A DNA stretch of 64,000 bases from Smithellaceae bacterium (GCA_049514435.1 JBEKVB010000003.1:153848-217847); one strand, 5' to 3'; positions 8,349-17,230 are shown, counted from the first letter of the stretch. Notes: generated by a model from the sequence alone, not told the origin. Translations and numbers: made by a program.

Positions 8349-8443
8349 TGTTATCAGCCCTTATGAATTTATCACCTCTTATATTAAAAATATACTATGA
8401 AAAGATGAGTTATATAAGCATGATTTTTAGCAAAAAAGCCGTC

Positions 8444-8469
8444 TTTTTTTTCTGAGCCTGTAATGCGCA
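8444..8469 (+). repeat. T-run + CCTGTAATGCGCA motif (family c, copy 1)
   Basis: Related to 8747-8784 and 23091-23124. Confidence 0.45.
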
Positions 8470-8746
8470 AGCAAATATACCCCAATTTCGACCATTTCTG
8501 TAAAAACCAATATTCATATATGTATTAAATATCATTATGCATTATCTAACATATGGTAAAATAAACCTACTCCCACTATTTCTTATAACCGTTGTTTTTT
8601 TATGTCATTTTTTGAGCATTAAACTAGGTAAAATTAACCATTTCTGCGGTAAATTTGCCATCTATTCGCCATACAAATGTATTTATCTATTTGATTTTAC
8701 AAGTGATATAAGAAGTTTTAATACCACCAAAAAATGGCATACCTAA

Positions 8747-8784
8747 TTTTTTTTCAGAAAAAATTTTCGGTCTGCCAATGCGCA
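8747..8784 (+). repeat. family c, copy 2: TTTTCAGAAAAAATTTTCGGTCTGCCAATGCGCA
   Basis: About 28/34 identical by hand to 23091-23124. The reverse complement reads ATGCGCATTGGCAG..., -35-like. Confidence 0.6.
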
Positions 8785-8810
8785 TACGATGTAGGTACAG
8801 ATGGGACTCA

Positions 8811-8866
8811 TACCCTTTGGATAATTATCTTACCCATATCCGTTATAATGATTTGATTATTGACAA
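8811..8866 (+). repeat. family F3, copy 1 (TACCCTTTGGATAATTATCTTACCCATATCCGTT...TTGACA)
   Basis: A second copy lies 132 bp downstream at 8943-8997. Both end in TTGACA. Confidence 0.65.
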
Positions 8867-8942
8867 AACCAAAAGATAATACCATTAATGACTGACCGGT
8901 TAATGAATTAGCTTTAATATTGAGAAATTAAGAAAAGATTCC

Positions 8943-8997
8943 TACCCTTTGAGGAATTATCTTACCATATCCGTTCATATGTCGTAATAAGTTGACA
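8943..8997 (+). repeat. family F3, copy 2 (TACCCTTTGAGGAATTATCTTACCATATCCGTT...TTGACA)
   Basis: See 8811-8866. Confidence 0.65.
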
Positions 8998-9110
8998 TAT
9001 CTTGAGGATAAGTACTTTAATCCCTGTCAGGATGACTTGTTTATATCCGGAAGAAGGGCTTGCTGACTTCACCTACAAACAAACAGATTTATATAGCAAG
9101 AAAAACTGAA

Positions 9111-9135
9111 GATTACCAATTGAAAGAGAGTAACG
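9111..9135 (+). repeat. family F2, copy 1 (GATTACCAATTGAAAGAGAGTAACG)
   Basis: 22/25 identical to 18242-18266. Weaker similarity continues for about 25 nt (cgcc..ggt.gaac). Confidence 0.65.
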
Positions 9136-9180
9136 TTCCGCATTAGACGTTGTGAGCGCCGGTGGAACTGGAGCCATGTT

Positions 9181-9212
9181 TACGAGCAAGTTGTATCGTA
9201 GCATATAAAAAC
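9181..9212 (+). repeat. family F1, partial copy (tacgagcaagttgtatcgtagcatataaaaac), abutting the porin stop codon
   Basis: Aligns with the aacgattacaggttgtaatctagcatataattac part of the 17152-17214 copy. Confidence 0.5.
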
Positions 9213-9221
9213 TGCATCAAA

Positions 9222-10571
9222 TCAAAAACTCAGTCGTACACGAATGGAATACACCGCAACCGGACCACGGTCATTATTGTACCCGGGATTTTGGATGAAT
9301 TGATAGTCCGGACTAATCTGTACATATGAACCAAGCTGGATACGGTAGTAGACTTCCAATATCTGTTCCCAGCCATACTTCAAATGGCCGTCGCCCAACA
9401 TAAAACCGTTGCCACCCGCTTCTAGATAATCTTTGTGCTGGGTCGACAATCCATCGACCAAATAGGCAACCCCTACACGGTCTTCCTTACGGCCCCAATG
9501 AATCCCGCTCACCTGTATTCCTGCACTCAGATGTTGATCCGCTTCAGTATACATGAAATCTTCATTTGACCCATCATTCCAACCTAACCTAGCAAAAAGA
9601 CCTGTTTCACCATCATCCATTAAAGGTTGTTCCAAATTGATTCCAAACCCACACTTGGTGCGTCCTTCTTTATCATCGGCCCTGACATCCGGTATGGCAC
9701 CTGTGAGTTGTCCTAAACTAATTGATTCATTATAATTTCCCATTCTTCCACGATTATAATATGTAAGGAATCTTAGTACCGTCCCCTTCTCATTTGGTTT
9801 TACAGTCAGCTCTAGATTATAGCCGCCAGCCTCAAAGATGTTGTTGTCTAAATCATTGCCATTGGCCACGATCGGCATCTGGTAGTAGCCCAAAGCCAGT
9901 TTCCATTGGGGCATGACCAATGCAATAAGGACACCATTACTGTAGCCCCTGGTGTCTGCTGCAAAATCCCAGGCAGTATTGTTGATAAACCCCCAGTTGA
10001 GGAACTGGGTGCGTGTATTGTTGGCATAGCGGTTTACGTCGAAATCGTCCGTTGCCGCAAGCCTCCCTGCTTTTATCTCGATCCGGCTTACGTATTCTAC
10101 ACCTGGGAGTTGATCCATAGCCCTTTCCACTTTTTCCGTTTTCCCGGATAGTGGATAGACATACCGGGCATAGAAACGGGCGATATATGGTCCATCCCCC
10201 AGATCAGCTGATCCCTCCCGAATTACATCTCCATTAGTATAAGCACCAAGACCCACAGCATTGCTGATCCCATATCCCCTAGCCATTTCGACATCAAGAT
10301 ATAACTGTAGGAATTGGGTAATCTGAGAACCGATATAGAGACCATAAATCTGTGTCGATCCGTGTCCCTCGTTATTATTGGTCGTCAAGCTGTTTGGTCC
10401 TTGGTAGGGACTGTGAAAGTCGGGCATGTTCTGGTAAATTTCATTGTATTGCATTCCCAACACTTTAGGCACCCACTCAGGCATTTTGAAATCATCAGCA
10501 TATGCAAGGCAGGCAAACACATTCAGTATCGCTGCAATCAGGATTATCCGATAAAACTTTGACATTTTCAT
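9222..10571 (-). CDS. outer-membrane beta-barrel porin, OprB (carbohydrate-selective porin)-like
   Basis: Signal peptide MKMSKFYRIILIAAILNVFACLAYA. FHSPYQGPNSL motif typical of the OprB family. Alternating beta-strand pattern. C-terminal ...RVRLSF with terminal Phe. Confidence 0.65.
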   Translation of the reverse strand: MKMSKFYRIILIAAILNVFACLAYADDFKMPEWVPKVLGMQYNEIYQNMPDFHSPYQGPNSLTTNNNEGHGSTQIYGLYIGSQITQFLQLYLDVEMARGYGISNAVGLGAYTNGDVIREGSADLGDGPYIARFYARYVYPLSGKTEKVERAMDQLPGVEYVSRIEIKAGRLAATDDFDVNRYANNTRTQFLNWGFINNTAWDFAADTRGYSNGVLIALVMPQWKLALGYYQMPIVANGNDLDNNIFEAGGYNLELTVKPNEKGTVLRFLTYYNRGRMGNYNESISLGQLTGAIPDVRADDKEGRTKCGFGINLEQPLMDDGETGLFARLGWNDGSNEDFMYTEADQHLSAGIQVSGIHWGRKEDRVGVAYLVDGLSTQHKDYLEAGGNGFMLGDGHLKYGWEQILEVYYRIQLGSYVQISPDYQFIQNPGYNNDRGPVAVYSIRVRLSF

Positions 10572-10684
10572 AATAAAACCTCAGGAATCGAAACTCTTTT
10601 CAGTATTCTCAAACCAGGTCGTATGTAAATTCCTGATTGCTTCCGCGCTCAGCACTTACAAAATGAAATGGTTAATTCAGTGAT

Positions 10685-10798
10685 TTATGAAAAAGTCTTT
10701 ATAAATTTCACAAGAAGTAGCCCTATAAGAAATATCATGTAAAATCTCAAGAATAATAGCGCAATTCTAGTCGTTTTGGTCATCTTGATACGTGCCAT
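10685..10798 (-). CDS. small ORF, 37-aa single-TM peptide (MARIKMTKTTRIALLFLRFYMIFLIGLLLVKFIKTFS), not in the ORF track
   Basis: ATG preceded by GAAGGAGG (6-nt spacing), starting 12 nt after the stop of the MgtE-N/CBS gene. Basic N-terminus plus one hydrophobic helix. Confidence 0.35.
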   Translation of the reverse strand: MARIKMTKTTRIALLFLRFYMIFLIGLLLVKFIKTFS

Positions 10799-10810
10799 AT
10801 TTCCTCCTTC

Positions 10811-12109
10811 TTATATCTTTATACGTGTGGCCATGGTTTTCATGACGTCATTATAGAGAATGACACCCAGGATATTATCCGCACTATCGACCACAGGAAC
10901 CATCCGATAATGATATTTGGCAAACAATTCAGCCAAATCATCGGGATTATCATCTTGTTCCGCCGTGACCACAGGCGCCATCATTATCTCGGCAAGCATT
11001 TTGTTTTGATCAGCAACTATAAGCTCGCGTACATCAACGACTCCCAAGAGTTTGTGACCGTCGTCATCAACAACATAGAGATAGGAAATGTTATGGTATT
11101 CGAGGCCGGAATGCTGAACCCTGTTCAGGGCATCACCGACACGGACATCTTTCTTTATGGCCAGAAACGCTGAGGAGACCAGCCTTCTGGCAGTCGTCTC
11201 TCGCTCCGCTAGAATGGCGCGAACCCGTTCAGCCTGTTCTTTATCCAATAAATTTATAAACTGAGATACCTGATCGTAGGGCAGAACGGAAAAAAGAGCT
11301 GCCAACTGCGGGACTGACATTTCGCTGAAGATCATCCGGGCCCTTTCCTGTCGAATATTAGCGATTATCTGCCGCTGGGCGCGAGGTTCCGCTTCTGCGA
11401 GTGCCTCGGCGGCTTTTTCCGAATCAAGTCCTAAGAGGAGCGCCTGCTGTTCTTCCTCAGGGAGTTCCTCCAGTATATCGGCTAGATCCTCGGAGGGAAG
11501 TTTGGTGAGCTGATTTTTTGTTACCGACAGGGAAACCTTACCCGTTGCAACCACATCTTCGACTGACAAGGGCTGAACAAATTTCCAGGAGATGAGATCT
11601 TCTTTTATCCATTTTAGTTTGCCCAATCCCCAACGTTTCAGGTGACCAGCAAAAGAAATATCGACGTGCACCAGGAAAAGCTTCTCCTTTGACATCAACA
11701 GGTGAATATCGTTGACAACTTCGACGCGCCGATCGTCCATATCCACCACGGTCCTTCCCATCAGATGTTTATCCAGAAGAATCCAGCCAGCCTGGTCAAT
11801 AAAGGGTGGGTAAGTTGCATTATCAGGAGGCCGGACGATAATGGAGTCCTCTTTCAGGTGGCTGACCTTTTCCCACGGGATGAAGGTACTCGGCTTTCCC
11901 CAGCCGTGCTCCATATATATCCCGACAGCTTCCGGATAGGGCTCCGTGAGAGAAAACACCAGATCGGTTAATTTTCCAATCCGGTTTTCAAGTTTCTCTA
12001 CACAGATCGGCCGTTTGATGAGCTCTGACAAATAATAGAATTGGTAGCTGTTCTGCGGTTCGGACTCCTTCATGCCATTCTTTTTCACTATCATTGCGCG
12101 ATCCTCCAT
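10811..12109 (-). CDS. soluble MgtE-like regulatory protein: PRC-barrel-like N-terminus + MgtE N-domain + CBS pair, no MgtE membrane domain
   Basis: LPSEDLADILEELPEEEQQALLLGLDSEKAAEALAEAEP is the MgtE_N signature. C-terminal tandem CBS-like segments. The ATG lies 2 nt after the NRAMP stop (TAAGGATG). Confidence 0.75.
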   Translation of the reverse strand: MEDRAMIVKKNGMKESEPQNSYQFYYLSELIKRPICVEKLENRIGKLTDLVFSLTEPYPEAVGIYMEHGWGKPSTFIPWEKVSHLKEDSIIVRPPDNATYPPFIDQAGWILLDKHLMGRTVVDMDDRRVEVVNDIHLLMSKEKLFLVHVDISFAGHLKRWGLGKLKWIKEDLISWKFVQPLSVEDVVATGKVSLSVTKNQLTKLPSEDLADILEELPEEEQQALLLGLDSEKAAEALAEAEPRAQRQIIANIRQERARMIFSEMSVPQLAALFSVLPYDQVSQFINLLDKEQAERVRAILAERETTARRLVSSAFLAIKKDVRVGDALNRVQHSGLEYHNISYLYVVDDDGHKLLGVVDVRELIVADQNKMLAEIMMAPVVTAEQDDNPDDLAELFAKYHYRMVPVVDSADNILGVILYNDVMKTMATRIKI

Positions 12110-12111
12110 CC

Positions 12112-13419
12112 TTACTTAAATAGTTCAGGGAAAAGGGTACTGATGCCCAACAGTGTCGAAACTAAAACGACAACTATGACAATCGACCAATTCATAATAT
12201 TTTCCCATCTTGTATTGACATGCTTACCCATGAGGGGTTCGTCATTCAGCAACAAAAGCAAAAACACCAGTGCCGGCGGAAGCAGCGTAACGGCCACGAC
12301 CTGTACGAACATGGTGATTGTTATTAAGGGTGCTCCCGGGATCAGGACCACAGCGCCTGAAGTCAGCAGCATGAAAAGATAGACGAAATAAAACCAGGGG
12401 GCATCTTTGACTTTCTTGTTCAGGGAATGAGCCCAGCCGAAGATCTCCCCCACAGCCCAGGATGTGGACAGCGAAATACAGAGCGCTCCCAGGAACCCTG
12501 CATCGAAAAGACCAATGGCAAAAAGTCTGCGGGCCATTTCCCCTTTCCCATGCGACAGGAAAGGAACAATGGCCTCCGCCGTTTGCCGGGCGTCTTCTAT
12601 TTCGATAGGGGGTTTATGATAATAGAAAATTGCAGCTGTCGTAATTATAATAAATACAGCTACAACACACGTGGATATAGATCCAAGGAAGGTCTCCAGT
12701 TTGCCGAATTTGATGTCATGAATATCGAGTTTTTTATCAACTACAGCGCTTTGCTGGAAAAAGAGCATCCAGGGTGCGATGGTTGTTCCGATATTGGCCA
12801 TAATAATAAAAATCAGATCAGATGTCATGCCGCCCATTTGAAAAGTGTAAAACCCCTTGAACGCTTCGTTCCACGAGGGGGAAGACGGCATATCCATTGC
12901 CCAGATGGCAGCTGGTATATAGACAAGATTAAACAAACAGAAGAATAATGTTATTTTCTCGAAGGTCCAGTATTTACCGGTGATAACGATGGCAAAGAGA
13001 ATTGCCGTTACCACAAGGAAAGTGATCCAGGCGGGTACGCCAAAAAGGCTCATTGCCGCGGTCATCCCTATATATTCTGTAATCAGTGTTAACCAATTTG
13101 TAATCGCAAGGTCTGTGAGCGAAAACCAGCCCCAGAAAGGACCGAAAGCGTCAAAGATGGCTTCCGCATGTCCCCGCTTGGTAACAGCGCCCAAACGAAC
13201 TGTCATTTCCTGGACGTAATAAGCCATAAATATTAATAATATAAACATCCAGAGCAGGGAGAACCCGAATTTGGATCCGGTTACGGCATAGGTGGAAATG
13301 CCGCCGGCATCATTATCAGCCACCATCACGATTATTCCGGGTCCCAGCACAGCCAGAAAAACAATTAGCTGCCGGCGGAAGCGATTCAATAAATGAAGAC
13401 TCTTAGAGATCAAATACAT
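12112..13419 (-). CDS. NRAMP/SLC11-family transporter of the NRAMP-related Mg2+ transporter (NRMT) type
   Basis: 11-12 TM NRAMP architecture. The TM1 motif reads DNDAGG (canonical DPGN). The TM6 motif reads GTTIAPWMLFF (canonical GAT-V-MPHNLYLH), so the metal-binding Met and Asn are replaced. Preceded by an M-box riboswitch. Confidence 0.8.
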   Translation of the reverse strand: MYLISKSLHLLNRFRRQLIVFLAVLGPGIIVMVADNDAGGISTYAVTGSKFGFSLLWMFILLIFMAYYVQEMTVRLGAVTKRGHAEAIFDAFGPFWGWFSLTDLAITNWLTLITEYIGMTAAMSLFGVPAWITFLVVTAILFAIVITGKYWTFEKITLFFCLFNLVYIPAAIWAMDMPSSPSWNEAFKGFYTFQMGGMTSDLIFIIMANIGTTIAPWMLFFQQSAVVDKKLDIHDIKFGKLETFLGSISTCVVAVFIIITTAAIFYYHKPPIEIEDARQTAEAIVPFLSHGKGEMARRLFAIGLFDAGFLGALCISLSTSWAVGEIFGWAHSLNKKVKDAPWFYFVYLFMLLTSGAVVLIPGAPLITITMFVQVVAVTLLPPALVFLLLLLNDEPLMGKHVNTRWENIMNWSIVIVVVLVSTLLGISTLFPELFK

Positions 13420-13705
13420 TAGAAACCTCCTGTTACGTAGCCAATCCTAAGGAAAAGACTTCCTTTCGTCTAGTGCTGCTGGACAAATTTACAGGGAAAA
13501 TTTTGAAGACTTAGATAATCCCTGCTCCTAGTTGTCTCCCGCTCAACAGGTCGGAAGATCAGCTAAAGCAAGGGAAAAGATGAAGGGGCTCAGAGCTGAT
13601 TACCTCGTAGAGAACGGGCAAATTATAAAATATCCGTTATGAGTACTATTACTGCCATCGCCATCCATGTATGAAACCACCACCTTTCTGATTCATAATT
13701 TGGGC

Positions 13706-13734
13706 ATAAAAAAAGCCATGGGGATACCCATGGC
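13706..13734 (-). terminator. intrinsic terminator (expression platform of the M-box): GCCATGGG-TATC-CCCATGGC + U7
   Basis: Perfect 8-bp stem read directly, followed by TTTTTTT on the minus strand. Lies immediately 3' of the riboswitch aptamer. Confidence 0.65.
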
Positions 13735-13760
13735 CGATATGTACATAATGCCTCGAATCC

Positions 13761-13917
13761 CCTCTCGTTGATTTTCGGCAGTGCACAACGTAGATCCTTT
13801 GTGACCAGCTACTTCGGGTAAAGCCTTAAGCCGGCAATACCTGGTCTACCCATTGGCGTCTTTCGACATTTCCGGGCAGCAGCCTGTGTTTGTGCAAACG
13901 CCTCATGCTAACGAGGA
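13761..13917 (-). promoter_or_regulatory. M-box (ykoK leader) Mg2+-sensing riboswitch
   Basis: The minus-strand RNA reads CCUCGUUAGCAUGAGGC...GCUGCUGCCCGGAAAUGUCGAAAGACGCCAAUGGGUAGACC...CUUAAGGC...GUAGCUGG...CACUGCCGAAAAUCAACGAGAGG. These blocks match the conserved M-box cores as I recall them from the B. subtilis mgtE leader (GUUAGGUGAGGC, GCUGCUGCCC-AAAAUGUCCAAAGACGCUAAUGGGU, UAAGG, GCAGCUGG, GUGCUAAAGCUCUACGA). Confidence 0.8.
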
Positions 13918-13926
13918 ATGACAGCG

Positions 13927-13955
13927 TCTTTACAGAAAAGTATTCACCTTGTCAA
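13927..13955 (-). promoter_or_regulatory. sigma70-type promoter for the M-box/NRMT operon (TTGACA-17 nt-TAAAGA)
   Basis: TTGACA at 13955-13950 and TAAAGA at 13932-13927 on the minus strand. Just upstream of the riboswitch P1. Confidence 0.4.
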
Positions 13956-14060
13956 GAAAAAAAATAAAAAAACTATTAATAAATTGTTCGTCTCACTTTT
14001 CATTACAAAACTACGAAAATTAAATTCTTTAATTTGATTTGATAGGGCTCGAGAATTAGT

Positions 14061-14120
14061 GGATGAAATGTAGCATCCCTATCATGGTTGAAATATTATT
14101 GACTTCAGGAAGAAGTTCCT
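14061..14120 (+). repeat. family F1, divergent copy A (..gtagcat..ttgacttcaggaagaagt)
   Basis: Shares the GTAGCAT and TTCAGGAAGA blocks with the other copies. Ends 12-17 nt from the stop of the 14132-17128 gene. Confidence 0.45.
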
Positions 14121-14131
14121 GCTAATTGCAA

Positions 14132-17128
14132 CTACTCCTGCGTGGCAATTCGAGCGACAGCTTCGATAGCAATTGCAGCCACTGCCGAACCATAATCCAA
14201 GTCAATGTTTTCCATCGTGTCGTGTGTATCATGATAGCCAGTCCGGTTAATATCATAATTTTCCATGAATAATACAACAGGCACGCCTATGTCGGAAAAA
14301 ATCTGGCCATCGGTGTTAAAGAGCGAACTGGCCGGATCATCTATAGTCCGAACCTCGCCGTCCAGACATGGATGAAGCGCAATGTTCGGCAGCGTATGAC
14401 CATCTTTACAGCGTTGGCCTTGTCCCTTACCGCGACGCTCCGGAGTTTCATTCCATTCGCTCGTTTTGGCATTCCAAATCATGTTCGCTATGTGTGCCTG
14501 GTAAGCGATGCCAAGCGACTCGCGGCTTTCGCCAGGTGAGATCTGAAACACATTCTGATCTTTGTCCCGGTTATGCGCTATCATGTCCAACACGTACAAA
14601 CCAACGACCTCGACTTGAGACAAGTCCATCGATTGATTCTCTTCCAGCCGCAACCTGAGCGTCTTTTCGACCAACGCCTGAGAAAAATTGCGCGCTCCCA
14701 TGCAATCCGAAGGAAACTCTTCGCCAGTGAGGTGCAACAGCCAAATGTCACGTTCGAGCCGTTCTTCCTTTGCTAGTTGGAGAAAGATCGGCGCAGCCAG
14801 CAAAAGCGTGGTTGTCGCCGAATGGTTGTCGTCTGCTCCGGCAGCGGCTAACCGAGCGCCAGAGCCCCCGCGTGAAGGATCATAGATGTCTTCCATATAA
14901 GCCGTATCATAGTGATCGGCCATGACCACCGCCTGAGTGCGGTCCTTGCCCGGAATCACAACAAGGATATTTCGTTCATAGGCGTGTCCTTCTTGATTGT
15001 TCTTCCACCCGCCAAAAAGTGAAAAGTCGAAATCCGTTTTCCATTGAAACGGTAACTCTTCGCACACGGCTTTACCATCCATGCCTGCCTCGGCTATGGA
15101 CTTGCGATGACGAGTGATAAGATAATCGCCCAAGTGTTCCAGATCGCGATGATGATGGCTTAGCTTGCTTTGTGTGGTCTGATCCTGCACGCAATCGGCA
15201 TTGTCCTTGTTAACAAAGTGGCCATGCGACAGAGTCAGTATATCGTGCCAGAATGCTTCCTCAAAAGTGCGCGTTGCAGTCTTGTTGTAGGTCAAGGGCT
15301 GAGGCAAATCTTTCGCTGCATTCGTCGACTCCAGAATTTTTTCCAATTCCCTCTGAATTCGGTGGCCTTCCTTGGGATCACGGGTCAGTTTCGGCAACGA
15401 GGCCAGCCATTCATCAAGTGTTTCATGCTTGGCGATTCTGAGCAGATGGTGAGCAAAACTGCGCCGTAAGGGCTGCTTGTTCCCGAGTTGCCAGCTATCA
15501 AGAAGCGAAAGAATATTGAGCGGAGTCTGATGAATATAGTGATCGTGAAGCGGGTCAAAGTTCTGCAAGGCCGACAGATATAAGTCACGTCTGAGCAAGC
15601 GTGGCCAAAGCTCGATGGGTTGTGTAAGATCAAGTAAATCCGTTCGATAGGCAGTCAGGTATCCGAGAGGTGCGTTTGGAAGTAACTCCGCCTGTTTCGA
15701 TTTCGGCGACCAGTAAGCTGCCAGTGGCCGATGCCAATAAACCTCGTGCAAACCGACTCGCATCGCCGGAAAGAGAAATCTATATCCAAAAAGTCCACCT
15801 TCAACTAAACTTGTTTCTGCTTTCCGAAGTTCTGTCGGTGTAGCATTCGGGCCATTTAGAACCAGATCGAACTCCTTGGTCCATATTTGACTGTTCCTAG
15901 CCAGGGGTTTGTCGTAGAGGTTGATGGAATCAAGCGCTGTACTGAAAAGCACTTTGGCAACTTTGTCCAAACGAGGATTCAACGCGAGCGCATCATCATA
16001 GCGATGAACTCGGTTCCAACGGTTCGTGCGCCGATAGGTATCCAGCACAAGCTCTTGCTGTACCTGCGATACCTTGAGGCTAGGATGTGGCTCACTCAGC
16101 CAACCTGATTGCGGAATGCGAATTCCCGTCGGCCCGTCATGGCGGACCACCCATCTCTGCGAAGCAATTTGGATAGCCATCGGTAATTCTTGTTGCAGGC
16201 GCAGATACGTTGGCATTCCCCAGGGGACAAGACTCCCCGGAAACGGCAGAAGGTTCAGCTTGCCAAGTAGGTACCGTTCTCGTACCTGATAAGGAAGGCG
16301 GCTGAATGGTCTGAAAGTTAACAAGTATCGGACATCTTCAACCGGGGTGCGATCGTTTATAAGATAAGGTTGAGTCCACGCGGGAAGAGGGTCTTTATCC
16401 CAATAAGGAAACTTTAAATTATGCTCTGAAGGCAAAATACGAAATCCAAGACGGAATAATTGCGCCGCATCTTCGGCGCTTTCTCCATAAACAGAGGACA
16501 ATAATTGCAGAATAAATGCCAGCGATGTTTGCTCGGACAACTCTTGACCAGGAGCTAAATAAAAACTTTTCCAGAAACCACGTTCGGGTCCTTGTTCGCT
16601 GCTGCCAAAAAATGTCCAACGCACTCGGCCCATGTCATCCTGCGTTCGGGAAAGAGCCAAAGGTAAAAGAACGACATAGCGCTCATGAGCAAGATGGCCA
16701 GAGCGAGCGGCCAATTCGGGCGGCCAATAAGGATTTCCCAAGAGATTCATTCCCTTGTGACCGGATATGTGATAGGCTGGCTGGTCTTCACCTAACTTGA
16801 CAAGAAGCTCAATGATCTGTCGGGCAATATTCTCCAACCCTGGTTTAATTTCGTACTCTTCCTCGATTTCAGAGACATGCCAACCGTATGGGTCATCTTC
16901 CGAGAATAACAACAGATCGATGGCACCGTATGGTGTGCGACCCAGTCTCGGTGGCGGCATGAATTCCGAGTATGCGGGTAGGGGATATTGCCCCTTACCC
17001 AAAAACCATGGATAACCATCTAGCAGTTGCAGCCATCCAAGCCGATTTTTGTTGATATTCAAAGATGAAGACTTTGTATCAGATCCCTTCGGATAGATAG
17101 TCATTGCTTCCGCCTCTTGGCTGGACAA
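14132..17128 (-). CDS. large fusion protein: ~700-aa unassigned N-terminal region + C-terminal M28-family metallopeptidase domain (likely real start is ATG at 17104)
   Basis: C-terminal M28 motifs: ADHYDTAY, GADDNHSATTTLL, LTGEEFPSDCMGARNF, GYHDTHDT. AAGAGG lies 9 nt upstream of the ATG at 17104. G+C is higher than the core genome. Confidence 0.7.
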   Translation of the reverse strand: MSSQEAEAMTIYPKGSDTKSSSLNINKNRLGWLQLLDGYPWFLGKGQYPLPAYSEFMPPPRLGRTPYGAIDLLLFSEDDPYGWHVSEIEEEYEIKPGLENIARQIIELLVKLGEDQPAYHISGHKGMNLLGNPYWPPELAARSGHLAHERYVVLLPLALSRTQDDMGRVRWTFFGSSEQGPERGFWKSFYLAPGQELSEQTSLAFILQLLSSVYGESAEDAAQLFRLGFRILPSEHNLKFPYWDKDPLPAWTQPYLINDRTPVEDVRYLLTFRPFSRLPYQVRERYLLGKLNLLPFPGSLVPWGMPTYLRLQQELPMAIQIASQRWVVRHDGPTGIRIPQSGWLSEPHPSLKVSQVQQELVLDTYRRTNRWNRVHRYDDALALNPRLDKVAKVLFSTALDSINLYDKPLARNSQIWTKEFDLVLNGPNATPTELRKAETSLVEGGLFGYRFLFPAMRVGLHEVYWHRPLAAYWSPKSKQAELLPNAPLGYLTAYRTDLLDLTQPIELWPRLLRRDLYLSALQNFDPLHDHYIHQTPLNILSLLDSWQLGNKQPLRRSFAHHLLRIAKHETLDEWLASLPKLTRDPKEGHRIQRELEKILESTNAAKDLPQPLTYNKTATRTFEEAFWHDILTLSHGHFVNKDNADCVQDQTTQSKLSHHHRDLEHLGDYLITRHRKSIAEAGMDGKAVCEELPFQWKTDFDFSLFGGWKNNQEGHAYERNILVVIPGKDRTQAVVMADHYDTAYMEDIYDPSRGGSGARLAAAGADDNHSATTTLLLAAPIFLQLAKEERLERDIWLLHLTGEEFPSDCMGARNFSQALVEKTLRLRLEENQSMDLSQVEVVGLYVLDMIAHNRDKDQNVFQISPGESRESLGIAYQAHIANMIWNAKTSEWNETPERRGKGQGQRCKDGHTLPNIALHPCLDGEVRTIDDPASSLFNTDGQIFSDIGVPVVLFMENYDINRTGYHDTHDTMENIDLDYGSAVAAIAIEAVARIATQE

Positions 17129-17151
17129 ATTTTTATTAAGAAGGATTGTTT

Positions 17152-17214
17152 AACGATTACAGGTTGTAATCTAGCATATAATTACAATTTTGGAAATTGA
17201 GGATTACAGGAAGT
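17152..17214 (+). repeat. family F1, copy B (AACGATTACAGGTTGTAATCTAGCATATAATTACAATTTTGGAAATTGAGGATTACAGGAAGT)
   Basis: Ungapped hand alignment to copy D gives 46/63 identities. Contains the inverted repeat TTGTAAT/ATTACAA flanked by two direct ATTACAGG. Fills most of the 102-bp gap between two genes. Confidence 0.7.
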
Positions 17215-17230
17215 AAGATGCAGCCGTTTT

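Noticed and set aside
8537-8746. 69-aa plus-strand ORF in the AT-rich spacer
   Set aside because: Extremely AT-rich with an F/I/L/K/Y-dominated translation. No RBS. The region is better explained as repeat-rich non-coding DNA.
12427-12948. 173-aa ORF on the plus strand
   Set aside because: Antisense shadow of the NRAMP-type transporter gene.
17190-17215. Xer/dif-like site: ACTTCCTGTAA on the minus strand resembles the left arm of B. subtilis dif (ACTTCCTAGAA) as I recall it
   Set aside because: The expected 6-nt spacer plus the conserved right arm (TTATGTAAACT-like) is absent in all copies. The resemblance to one arm alone could be chance.
17129-17230. Integron attC site interpretation of the F1 repeats (copy B ends in GTTAAAC on the coding strand, matching the R' consensus GTTRRRY)
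   Set aside because: No matching R'' (RYYYAAC) or L''/L' pairing found. Copies C and D have GTTAAAA and GTTGTTA. No intI gene or attI in the window, and several cassettes appear to have their own promoters. Kept only as a loose analogy.
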